NCBI GenBank assembly: GCA_002633005.1 | Contig: NMRA01000270.1 | Coordinates: forward strand, 490,969-554,968 | Length of the DNA stretch: 64,000 bases | Origin: Phoronis australis | Lineage: Eukaryota > Animalia > Phoronida | Direction of reading: 5' to 3' | In this document: positions 25,426 to 38,030 of the stretch, in pieces | Position numbering within the stretch: position 1 is the first letter of the stretch | How the letters are laid out: the number at the start of each line of letters is the position of its first letter | Notes under the pieces: model-generated | Told to the model about the DNA's origin: nothing | The model's database searches: none | Seen by the model: only the letters and a program-made list of their open reading frames with translations | Translations under genes and position numbers: made by a program

Positions 25426-26819
25426 AAATTGCAATATTCACATCTACTGCAGTTTCAAGTGGTAGTCTCTGGTCAAAGTGATTAGCACCAACGATCAAAT
25501 ATCTCACTTCCATGAGTTATCAAGAGGTAACTACCTTCCTCTTTCTGAAGTACCTGGTAGATCACATTTCTAACACTGGTTTACAACCTGCCTGTGGTTT
25601 ACAAGGGCTATGTTTACAGTCTGTTACTCACTAGTCAAAAGCTTTTCCGAAAATGCATGAAGTTTCATAATAGTCCTGCAGTGTATACATTTAATGGTCT
25701 ATAACAATCCCTATAAACAACAAATGCATGTTGACATTCTCTGGCAAATAAGTCCAGTATTGAGGCCAGGACTAGGCTAAAGTCAACCTTATCTACTGCT
25801 AAGTGTCAAGTCAATAAAAACAACATGGTCCATGTCAGAGTGGAGTTTGTGTTTGTTTTTTCTTCAGGTTTAGGATAAGAAGGAGAGGCTTGGGTAAACA
25901 AGGTTGTTTATATAAAATAAGAATGTTTATTTACCCCTGAGAATTTATAGAACTTTCTAAGAATACAGATAAGGCAAACAAAATGTCTTGATAAAATAAT
26001 AATTATGGGAAGAAATCATGTTTTTGTTCTTTCGGCTGCTTTATGCTCCCAATTTCAGCAATAGAAAAATCTTCAAATTGCAGTTTAAGAACTATAGTTT
26101 TGTGTAGTTTAAGAACATTTCCAAAGGCGAGCTTTACATGAAATTCAGTTACATAAACAAAACAAAACGAAACAAAGGCATTTAAAAAGACTCAAAACGA
26201 AAAATTAAAATTGGAGCATACTTAAGTCTCCATAAAAGAGACATAAAGATCACATCTCACACATTCCAAATAGGAGGGCTGAGTGCCCTTAGTTACAACA
26301 TAACAACACCCAACAAACCAGTTACGGCTGCACCAAGACAACACATACTCAACTACAAAGTTGAAGACTAAATGTTACCTGAGAATATTTTACCAGCCCA
26401 TCACACTTATTCTGATATGAAACAATCATTGTTCTTCTCGTACAACCCTGCAGACGGATTCTTCTGAAGCCATGATAAACCATTCTCCGGGCAAAGCAAA
26501 CTTTTATCTTTGCACCAATGTGAATTATAAAAGGTGGTTAACGATATAAAAAGTCTGCGTGCACTTCAACAACTCGTATCAAAATTTGAAAATCAATCAA
26601 GGAGATACAAAGCAAAGTGTTATGTTAAACACCCTGCAAGTAATCTGCCTGAATTTGAATTAATTCTGCAGCCCACTGAATTAATAATGAAGTCTAAATG
26701 ACCCTATTCAAGACAGCCAAGTCCATGGTAACACGTGGGCATGATAATAGCATTGAACACTTACGGAGTTCAAAATTCTATAAGCTATAAGGATTTCGGA
26801 ACACTGTCAAAATGAATTA

Positions 26820-27079
26820 CAGTAAAAAAATTCGATTTGGGACAAAAATAGCCGACATATTTTTACTTTTCAGACGCTTGCCACACTGGTGCAAATACAA
26901 ATTTTGCAAATACAAATTTACCTTGAGTGTTGTTTGGCAATAGCTACGCCATACAATTGATATGAAGTATGCTGAAAACAAAGTAAATCTTCCATAAAAG
27001 TAATTTTTGTTGAGAAATTTAACAAATTGAAAATTCGCCTGTTCACCATATTGTGCCCCAAGCTGAAACATTTTTACTG
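26820..27079. mobile_element. 260-bp Tc1/mariner-type MITE
   Basis: Imperfect TIRs cagtaaaaaaattcgatttgggaca and tgccccaagctgaaacatttttactg, with TA on both flanks. Confidence 0.7.
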
Positions 27080-28381
27080 TAACTGTTTTTATGCTTCACA
27101 AAAGTCAATTTACAATAAGTTGTCTTCTTAAAATGTCCTTTTCTGATTTCATAATTTATCAAAAGCAAAGATAGTTTGTTTAGATTTGTACAAATGAAAA
27201 TGAACCGATTGCCAGTTTAACTAAAAAACAAATGAAATCGAATTGATGTGATGGAGTTCAGTCCAGCCCTACCTTTCATTCAAATAAATGAGTCATCTAA
27301 CAAGGAAATTCATTTGAGCCATCCAAGTAATTTTTACAACTCGGACTTTATTTTCTCTCTGGAGTGAAGAGGAAAGAGATCAAATTAGGCTGGGTATATT
27401 GGAGAATAAACAGGTAAAAGGTGTGGAGGACTGGTGAGTTGGACTGTTGTCCAATGCCCCAACAAAGGGGTCACAAGTTAGTTAGGTGCGACCACAACTT
27501 TACCCTCTTTTAATATTTCTACAATAACAAAGCAAACGGAACTGCAAGTCCTAATCCAAGCATTTTGCTCATTCATTACATTTCATGAATTATAAAGCCA
27601 AGTTTTATTGACTGGGGAATTAGTTCAGCTAAATCTGCAAAAATGACATAAAACTTATAATCCATACAACAAACTGCCCAAGTGATCCAGGTAATAATGT
27701 TGTCAACTATTCAATAGTAATAGACTTATCTTAATCCACATTTAAGGTGACACTTTGGAGCACTTTACAAATAGCCCACAGTGTTAAATGAATGAGTCAT
27801 TTAAAACTAACAATGAGACCCATTGAGTTAACCCAGTCAGGCAAACACATAAATTGTACCAATCAACTGGTGATCATAGTAAGATCCCCAAACATAGATT
27901 TTTATATTAAAAACACTTGCACACAGATTGAAACTACCTTTTAACAAGAGTTTTAGGATCAAGAACAAGATCAAGCGTACGGTTACAGATTGCGCGGCCT
28001 CTCTTACGTCTTGTTTAGTTAGGCCACATGCATGACTCATCACCTCCTCAGCTGGGACGACCATTCTCAAGCAACAGTGTTCTTGTCGATTCGCTTAACA
28101 CTTATCTAGACGAAGATCGCCGGACCAATGTTGAGAAGTGATCAATGATGATTGCAGTGCCGATTTTTTGCCCGGTGATACTTTCAAATAAATCCAATGC
28201 GATTAAATCGTGAAGTAAACAAGTCAATCCACGCGAATCAAGCCCGGAAGTTCGTCCATAACTATGCTAACTATGTCAGAGATTCGAAAATTGTCCGACA
28301 TTTCAATCATACCCGAGGCAAATTCCTTCCTCAAAAGCCTCCTTAGGAGTCGGATTTGAAATAAATGAACAATGCACTTAC

Positions 28382-28540
28382 CTAAATCAATGTTGAGATA
28401 CTTCTAACGGACTTAGGGGAAATTTAGTAAAGTTTTGAAGTGCGCTTGGAACCTATGATGGTATGTTTGGAATGACACAAAGAATCTAGACAACGTATTT
28501 TACCACTGCGCATTACCCACTGCGCAGGGGTGGAACTTAA
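28382..28540 (-). promoter_or_regulatory. Candidate TEAD non-coding first exon and promoter
   Basis: Perfect donor AG|GTAAGT at 28381 in a locally CpG-rich tract (about 28080-28680), with two ccactgcgca motifs at about 28503-28526. The first coding exon has a splice acceptor, so an upstream exon is required. Confidence 0.45.
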
Positions 28541-30539
28541 ATAATAATGAGAAATGAAAGTCTGATCACGCCGCGATGGCTCGTTTGGCAGGTGCGAGGC
28601 CAATTTGCGCCGATGTTATCAGACCTTGACGGCCGAAAAGGTTTAAATTACACGCTCGAAAGGAAAGTGGATTTTAATGCTTTGGCACAAAATGTTTTTG
28701 TGAGCAAATATATTGCACTATTGCCGATTGCTTATCTGTGCCCATCAAAACCATAGATATACACAACTGGCAAAGTAGTTAGTGGCATGTGTGAATATCT
28801 TCCTATTTGACAGTTTTGTGAGGGGTCGGCAACGTTGCTCTCCACTTATGTCCGGCCAGTCATGTCCAGTTAAAAAATTCTGTAAATATATCACCTGAAG
28901 TGTATACCTCCAAAAAGTGAAATATTCGCATTTGATTTATCATTGCCACCTTGTGCCGTACCGGCGATTGACGGAACAGGGAAGTGGTGCACAAATCTCG
29001 GAACTCCTTGGCAGTGTACTTTGTGATCTAAATTCTGGAGCGAATGAATTCTGTGTTTCAATGTCCTGTTTAATATTGGGGCTGAGGAAACAGCTATTTG
29101 GTGAAAATAATTATTTTTCGAAATATATACTTTTATTTTTTCATAACTTACAGATCAGAAAACGGGTATCGATTCCTTCGAAAAACAAAGAGATATCCTG
29201 AAGCGTTAAACTTAGGCAAATTGTTGAAAATTATCCGGATTAAGGTAATGTAATCTTATGTAGACAAGTCAAGTCCGTGCATTTTGTCGAATGTCTGCAA
29301 AACTAAATTTTAACTCAAGAAAAGTATATATGTTCCAGTCTAAATGTAGAAAGCCTGTATAATTTGATATTTCGATTTTTTACTAATCTGTCGTTAATTG
29401 GGTCGCGTAACCATGTCTTTATAGTAAAATTTGGCGAAAAAGGAAATCCCTCATACAACAGTGTTAAAAACAATTCCGTATATGTGTTAGAGAATAATGT
29501 ATACATAATAGTATCTAAAGGTTTTTTATGAATCCGGTAAGCTATTTCTGAGATATGATGTTCCGAATTTTAACATTTTCTAGACTCATAGATAACCCCA
29601 AAGTTCACTGAAGCCCAGTGCGCTGTGCGGCACCACGCCGTACCTGTTGTGATGTGGCTAAATTTAAACTTGTGCGAAAAACAAGTCCTTGCAGAAAATC
29701 ATGGCTTCACCTTAATTGAAACGACGATTGCCCTCTCACCCAAGGTTTTTGTAGCGTGCTATTGGTCGAAGCCGTTTTTCAGTTAATGCTTTTTGATGAG
29801 AGTATAAGGCCCAATTCGAGTTTCTTATTTTTAGAAAGCGACAGGGCAAAATGCACCTTACGCTTGACAACACACACGTACTAGTCTTTCACTGGACGCC
29901 GCCCAAAGCCCGCCCACTCATGTCCATCGTTTCTCGCAAAAAACTCTGCAGTGACGGATAAAACGCGAAACATTTGAGAGCATATAACTGTAAAGTCGGT
30001 TTGATTTATTAAGTTGAATTTCATATATGCAACACAACAACAAATGACGTATTTATTTTTCACTGAATTCAGAGGTCTGTTTGAAGAACGGGGGCTTCCG
30101 GAAACCCGTGTCAAACTCTAAGACCTGTCATCGGCACTGATAACTAAACACCGCCATTCACATTTTCACCTGAACTTGTCGTCTCCAAGAAGCAGAGACA
30201 TTTTTTACCCGGCAAGTGTAAGAGTAATCTGATAAGTCCACAACCCAATTCGCCATTCAGTAAGGTCACGAATGACGTCATTGACTCGAAATAGGCAAAC
30301 AAGAAAAATAGACCACGTTTGTGAGGACGCCTGTCTGTCAAATCCCACTTGAGGGTTTCTTGTAAGGGATTATAATATTCAGTAGCCCGTTCACTTTCAA
30401 AGATTGACTTTGTAGTAATTTTGTCCAAGTGCTTCATTTGTAATAGAATCTAGAAAGATATAATCCTGCCACCTGAGAATTTTACCAATCTCCTTCCTGG
30501 TCAGTCAGTCGTTTTTTTCTTTAACGTATATTCCATGGA

Positions 30540-30705
30540 TTATTATTTGTATCATTTACTTATTATTATTTACTAATTGTTTTATTCATATGTTTATGAA
30601 CAGGGACCTTCTTAATAGCGGCCAGAAACCTTATTAAGAAGGTCTCCTAATTGAACCGCAATTAGTAAGTGTTGTGTAAAACCTCAATGTAAATAAATAG
30701 TTATT
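30540..30705 (+). mobile_element. Probable 3' end of a CR1/L2-group LINE
   Basis: T-rich tract, then a perfect 13-bp stem (gaccttcttaata 30605-30617 / tattaagaaggtc 30632-30644), then an aaataaata tail. Confidence 0.45.
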
Positions 30706-32148
30706 TCCACTCCCTCCGAGAGCTACTATGCATTACGCTACGACTAGCGCCCGTGTGGAAATTGCCTGAAATAATACCAGAGTTTTTAAAGCAAATTTTT
30801 ATCAGGATTTTTTGTATTGGGACACAAATTTGCTGGGATTCTCGCAAGTATAAAACTGGGATAAATTATTCATCAGGAACTCGGATGTCAAGACATAAAG
30901 CTGTCGTTTGAAATCTTGGAATCAGCCTAAAACTGAGGGATCTGCATTTGGATTTGTAAGTCGTCCATTTCTTAGTTGATGACGCTTTTGATCAGGAGAA
31001 ACATTTGGACGTCTACGAGACAAGTGATATGTAACCCTCAAGCAAAATACGGTGCGTAACTGAAGTGTGCTGAAGGTTTTATTTACACTGTTGCAAAATC
31101 CATATTAGGTCGAAAAAGTACAACTATTGTCGGATCCATGGTTACAAGAGTCTCACTATCAAGATATCGCATAGATCTGCCTCTCTATAACTTTGAATGT
31201 AAGTCTTGCAGCTGAAACGAAGTACTTGACTTAAAACACAACTCTCACATGTTTCGAACCTTTCCACACACAATGATAACAATTATTTCCATACCTAAAC
31301 TTATCACTCAAGGTTTCAACAGGTAAACAGTGTCATTGCCATACGAACTAACCAGTCCAAAATTAGGTCTGTCCAAGTTAATGGCAAGAAACCCTTCAAT
31401 TCAATTTGACGATAGTAACTAATAGCTATCATGACAAGAGGAATTTTAAGACAATGTTTAAGTTGTAAAAAGAATGAAATGCTAAACCATCCGAAGCCTT
31501 GAACCATTCAAAATTAATCATCCATTTTGTGATTTCCTACTGAATACATACATCCATGAATTCTATTATTTTGCTCAATTTATTGAAAATCAGGAGCACA
31601 CTTAATTTTTTTATTAGTTTACAAAATATAGGCGCACATAACATGGCATTTGAGGTTTCTACAGGTTGCAAGATTTTTTCTATTTCACAACAAGGAAGTT
31701 TTAGGCGATTTCTGAAGCCATGTGCACAGATGATGGGGCGTGGCGGGTTGTGGCGGGCACCTGACCGAAAGACCATGGGAGGCAGTTTCCCACGGGGATT
31801 TTTGGGGGCCTCCTTCAGAGCTTATGTTATCTAACCTGAATTCTAGTCAATTCCAGTGCTATCTGCTACAGTTTAAGAGTTACACTTGTACTTAAAATGT
31901 GCAGGCTTTATTACGATAGACCACCTTCAGCTCAATGTGTAAAATTTACAGATTATGGGTTAGACTGACACGATCATCAAAATGTCTTTCCGACAATCTG
32001 ATTAACATGTCCACAGCGAGTGCCGCATAAACAACTCCTTCTCATAAATAATACTTTCCCAACGACCTTCAAAAGAAGTAAATGTACATGTACTCCATGA
32101 TAGCAAGTAGCAGTACATGTTGCTAAAAACAATGATGGCCACGTTTTT

Positions 32149-32192
32149 GCTTCTCAGGATGGTGTTTTAATAAACGCCGAAACATGTCAAGC
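32149..32192 (+). ncRNA. Degenerate minimal type I hammerhead ribozyme motif of Penelope-like-element type
   Basis: gctt-CTCAGGA-t-ggtgttt-taat-aaacgcc-GAAA-catg-TC-aagc. Stems I and II pair and stem III is palindromic, but the core reads CUCA instead of CUGA. Confidence 0.55.
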
Positions 32193-33902
32193 CAATTTAA
32201 ATCCATCGTTGTTTTTGTCCAAATGTATGTACTATTTTAAAATTCTTTGGACATAAGTATAGACATGAAACCCTTGAGAATAATATCCAACATTTCTATT
32301 CTGTTCAATTCCATTGTTTTTAAACACATTTTTATTTGGGGCGAGTGTTTTGATAATGCGGCACTTGAAAATGTTTTATGCTTTTTCTCGGCCAGCTGAA
32401 AAAATCTCTACTTCCCCGCGTGAACAGATGACAGAGCTTGATTTGTAAGTTAACAAAAGGGGTCTTTACCTCCACATCCAAAAGGGAACCCGCTCTGAGA
32501 AGATGTTAAATTATTTAAAAAAGAAAAGAGTGACATTTGACTTCATCAATGGAATACCCATCGAGAGCGACCCCTCAAGTTAAAATGAACTGACAGATAC
32601 AATTAAGAAATTGAAAAAGAGCGGCTATTGATGTTATCATTTCACCTCACTGGGGGCCGTAAATATAGAGCGATGAATTACCAAAATGTAAACCCGGTAC
32701 TGCTAGTTGACAAACGTTTTTTAAAATTTTATTCAAGTTCGACAACTCCTTGCAAACTATGCTATACCGGCAATCGTGACTTACACTTGACGCGAGTAAT
32801 AGAGGACAGTGGGGAGAGACTGCACATCTTGAACCACTAAATACCGGCATTTTGTGAAATAGCGAGGACATAATTTTACCTGAACAATGCTTTCATGACA
32901 TTTTCGGGGATATTCTAATTACTTAAAGCAGGTGACGGCTTCGGAATACTCGGTAAATCACCAAAACGTTGTGTAGTATCCGTTCATTTAGATGTCTTCG
33001 GTGTTATCATGTTTCTCCGGAATCTAGCCTCAAACACCTGCAAATAATTGAGTCGCAGGACACGTACTCCTGCATCTGTATAATAGACCTCTCTTAATAT
33101 TACCCCATAAATATTAAGAGGAAATCCAAATAATATTAAAGCCACTGCGAACCGAATTCTTGGAACTACGCTCCACACAACTAACTACGAGGAATAATTA
33201 AATCTCGCTTTATCAAATGTTCAAAGTCTCTGAGAATATACCCATAACTGATAATTACTATTTATTATAGTTATTATTTCTAGGCTGTGTCGTGCAAGCA
33301 ATTTCACGGCTAAACCTTTATTCAATAATCGTGAAATGGGAGGCCAAACTTTCGATCAATAAGTCTGACGTCACTCTTCACAAAACAGACCGTAGGTGTA
33401 AAAAGTAACAACTTATTTCACAGGCGTTTTCTTTTTTTCCCTAAGCAACGTCATTGCGTTCACGTCTTATATTTGAATTGAATCTGATCGCAACGAAACG
33501 CCTGAAATTCCCTTAACAGTCACAGTCGGCGTCGGCAACCAAAATTTGTACGAAACCGCCGTCATCAAATGACATACAATCGTTCAAGCAAAATAATCTT
33601 ATTTGTAAGTGACAATAGGAGGTTGATTTTACACCAGTTATGGCCTAATTCAATAGTCGTTTTACTGCAGCTTTGTGTGACCAAGGTGCCTATCTGTTTT
33701 ACCACCTCAGGTCATGACCTCGCGACTGTCATGGCGGTGGGCCCTCATAATTTTCCGTTCCGAAGTGAATAAATTATGAACTAAACATTTGCCTTGATTG
33801 ACAAGATGGTTGGAGCTCGACTTCTCAAAATGTCATAAAACAGTGAACACAAATACGTGAATGATTTCATTTTCCTTTAAAAAGTTTTGTTTTCTTTGGA
33901 AG

Positions 33903-34062
33903 CCCAGTGCTGTAGTGGTAAAACCAGAGGTAAGTAGCCGCCCAATGCCCACTGTATGACCTTGTGCACTGAACGTAACTAGCGGTGAGTAGGCGCTACG
34001 TTCGCATGCCAAAAGGTGGTTGGCTGCGCCTACGTGCGCTTACGCCCCACTACAGCACTGGG
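33903..34062. mobile_element. 160-bp MITE with perfect 16-bp TIRs and 3-bp TSD (CACTA/EnSpm-like termini)
   Basis: aag|cccagtgctgtagtgg...ccactacagcactggg|aag. Confidence 0.88.
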
Positions 34063-36179
34063 AAGCTCATGTATAGCAGATACATCTTCTATGCTTCTAT
34101 CTGATTAGATAGACTGAATATGCTGGAACTGGACCACGATTTCAGTAATACATAGGCGACACCTATTGTTCAAGACTCGCAAACGACGCGCGATGCACAG
34201 AACAGGCTGGGCTTGCTGAGCGTTACCAAAGATTACTTCCATGTTGAGCACACAACTTCAGTCAGTTACTTATATCAGAACAAGAGTTATGTTGAAAGAC
34301 AAATGTGACTTGACTGTGCAAACATTGACTTTTAACAGAACTGTTTTGACAACTTTCGATGAACCGACGTGATTCAGTCTAAACATGATCCGCTTCAGTA
34401 CCCAACTTTGCATCAATATGATTCCCTGAATTTAAAACTCCCTAAACGTTCCTCATTACGTTTCAAAGCTAAGCCATGTTTTTGAAGCCGTAAAGATGCT
34501 TAGGGAACGTCAGTTATTTTGTGACTAGTGTTTACTACATTGTCTTAAAACAATGTTCTTCCAGTCTATCGCGAACTTAAAGCTCACAAGCTATACACCA
34601 AAATTGTTTACTACTGAACACATGCAGATATCTAACACGTTCTTTTGTCGAATTTCTTGGAAGTGGGGCTAAAACAGAAGGTATATAACTCTTTGGGGTT
34701 GTCATGCGTGCCACGGCTCCACATGTCAATTGAAGACTTGTTTATAGTAACCTGCAAGGGTTCATCGGTTTCTGAGTGACTTTTCATGTAGGTATCTGCG
34801 AAAATCGACTAAAAAGTTTAGGTGCTTTTTTATAATTGTAGACTAGTTTTTTTAAAAATTGATGCAGCCCAGTGAAGTTTGAAGCAAGTTAAAATTTGAT
34901 GTCAATTTAAGGGATTTTACCCAGTGTCAATTTATCGTTGAAAATCATGTTTTGCATTTGCCTAATACAACTCTGTAAAAAATTGAGGTCACCGAATCAG
35001 CTGCCTCCACGGCAGAGACCAGCTCTGGCAAACATGTGAAATTTAAATTGGTTACTGAAAATTCACCTCTAACTAAATTAATTATTGACATCCTTCTGAA
35101 AACAGATTGATTTGATTGCACGATGTCAGATTTAATATTTTTTGAAAAATCATTAAACCGGAATACTGATTTTCTTTCGTCAGCGTACATAAACTTTAAA
35201 AATTTTTTTTTTTGTCAAAAGCTTTAGCGTTTTGGCTTCTACTCAAAAAGCTATACCATCACATTTTTTCTGCCATGTTTCATTTAGATTCCCATAGTGT
35301 TTTCCATGTATAAAAAATGCGCGGTCGCCGACTTAGTTTTTGACCTAGTTTAGCTCAAACCGAATTAGCATTTTGGCCTTCTTAAAAGCGCACCAATTTC
35401 AAGATCACAATTACACAGCTGCATGTCATGAGTTGGCGATTATGTTATAATACTGAGATTGTGAAATAAGTTTAGTTCATGCGCGCACTAAGGGGGGCTC
35501 GGGAGCTCGAACGAGCAGCCCCCCATTTGGCAAAGTGGGCAAAAAAGTCTGCCTCAGAGAAACAAAAACTCCGAAAACAGTAGAAAACGAGACAAAAGTC
35601 CACTAAAACGGAAGGAAATAACAAAATTCGGCGCATGCACAGTTCATAGCTCTCAACGTACCCCCTGAATCTTAGTAAAAGGTCCACATTGTCAAAAAGG
35701 TTTTAGGCTGGGTGCGCTCATGTAGTTAGAAAACGATTGCCTAAGATAATCATTATACTATCAGTAGCTACCATTTTTTAGGAGGTTCACCTTCGAATGA
35801 AGTCGTAAACAAGTTGTTGTTAATATTTTTTTTCATTAGAGTTACCATTTTTGTTTGACTTCAAAGTTGAAAATATATAACAGTTTAATCAAACCATCCT
35901 TACAGATTATTTAATCAATATTTATTATGACATTAGTTCACTGTTCATCTAAGAGGTGGCGATAGTGGATGCGTTGGCGTGATGGTGACAGTCAGTCGGG
36001 CCACATCAACTTTAATCGGTTTCCAGTCGTTCTCTAAACAGAGAACAAGGGGAAAATCTGTCTGAACACAATCTTCACCCCCACAAAATTGTATCACAAT
36101 TCCTATTAATCAACACTACCTTTTGAAACAATCACGTTCAAATTACTGAAATAAATGAAAGCAAAGTATTAGCTAGTAC

Positions 36180-36620
36180 CCCAGTCGCCATCTTAGTCGG
36201 CTTCTGGAGGAGCTAATTACTAATTGATAAATAATAAAATCACCGACTTTGGTTTCATCGAATCTTTGGTTGGCAGCAGCGAGGATAATCCCAAAAGTGC
36301 GATTTTGGGCAGTAAAACCTTAATATCCCTGTTGTGAGTGACATTCAGTGCCGGTTCTTCATTTGGATATGATTTCAAGAAAGTCGGTGACGCCCGGAGA
36401 GCTTCGGCATCACCACAATGAGACCGGCGGGGTGACTCTTCGTTTACGACGAGACCAGTGCTTCAGGTTGGCTTGTCACGGCGTGGCATTTTATTCGCTG
36501 AGTACTTTCAGTTCACTGCAACAGGCCAAAAAATCATCGGTGGGCTAAATGACGGACTCAGTCAGCCGACCTCACGCTTCAGTTTGTTGACACGGGTTAG
36601 GTCGCCATCAACTGGCCGGG
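36180..36620 (+). promoter_or_regulatory. CpG-rich tract, candidate promoter/first exon of USP6NL
   Basis: Elevated CpG content and a YY1-like cgccatctt at about 36186. The first coding exon at 44675 has a splice acceptor, so an upstream exon must exist. Location inferred only. Confidence 0.3.
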
Positions 36621-37845
36621 GCTATGCCATCTCTCAGTATATCTTTCTCCGTGAACACATTTGCTTATTTTTATCGGAACTAGCTTGTTTACCAATGTTT
36701 ATAGTTTAGAGCCCAATTCAGCCATCAAATCCACAAATATTTACGCCACTGACATTTCTAATATCTGATTTCCAAAACCCAGTTCCTCACCAACATTTCC
36801 GAAAAGAAGCAAAAACAATAAAGTAAGCCAACCCTTTCAAAATCCAATCGCAAGTCACCTCTTAACACTAACTAAACTTGTTGAAAACCGAGAGAAACTG
36901 ATAAGCTTATACTGAGCTTTAAATTTTCAGGCATTATGACGCCCGTAAGCAATAAAGGACAACAACAACATTATATGTCTGGCATGGGTAATCAATTATA
37001 CGCAAAATGTTTTATTCATATAATCTTGCATGACTGTTTTTTTCTGCGCAGGAGATATAAGATAGGCAACACCAATGAGATAAATTAAGCTCATGGTCAC
37101 CACACACTTTGTTTGTCCCAGAGACGACTGCTGTCCTAAGGGCCATACAAGTGCTGCCACCTTTCTGAGACAGTGCAGAATATAATTGCAGTTTCGTATT
37201 TTATGGCAAAGTCGCAAAGTTTCCCAAATTCAATCAACAATTTTTACTATTCTGTTTAAAAACAACCATCTGCTGAATTAGTTGACTTTATTTACTCAAA
37301 GCATTGTTACCGAAAACTATTTCAAGATGTAAGACCAGCTTTACTGGTAAAGGTCACGTGACAAGTAGGTGGGTTGGTAAATTTCCTTTTATTTACCTTC
37401 AAACTTTACCAGTGTTTCGCTTTCTTTATGTGCGGATTTTATTTGTATTGTGCCGTGAGATGTCCCTGTGAATGCCTGGCACAACTATGATAGACTGGTA
37501 TGTATAGATGACTGAGTTTATGTCACATTTGACTACCGAAATGTAATTGTCACGAGAATTCTCGTTGGATTTGACCACACACAAAACACACAGACAGACA
37601 CAGCTCCCTGAAAATGTACCACTCATAGCCATAGGGTGACTGTAGAGCTACTGCACGATGTTGGTTATTAATTGTACATGAGTACGGTGGATAATAATCC
37701 AGTTGATAGGTCCCAACATGACTGAAGTGGCAGATTCTCAAGTGAATTGTGAAGTAGTGACAACTGGCCCTGGGACTCCATGGCCGGTCATCGTTATACT
37801 TATACTACTTATAGACCTGCCTTTTTCGCTTGAAAATGGACAATT

Positions 37846-38030
37846 GCCCCGTGGCTGAATTTTTCAGATGCTTGCTTGCATGCCGGCAACCTGGGTTCAA
37901 GTCCCGGCACTGGTCGGTTAAGTGGTCCCTGATTTTGGGAACCAGTTTCATCCAATGAATAACGGGCGCGTTATTCAGTGATTGCTAAAGCGCTCAAAAT
38001 CAGGTACTGCTATAAACCCACCAGTGCCCA
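37846..38030 (+). mobile_element. tRNA-derived SINE (tRNA-Ala-like head)
   Basis: A-box-like tggctgaat, anticodon-like cttgcatg, B-box ggttcaagtcc. A decayed sibling (gcttgcatgccggcagcctag) lies at about 39075. Confidence 0.6.

Noticed and set aside
37846-37910. Possible tRNA gene
   Set aside because: Degenerate A box/D arm and acceptor stem, a SINE-like body follows, and a decayed sibling lies nearby.
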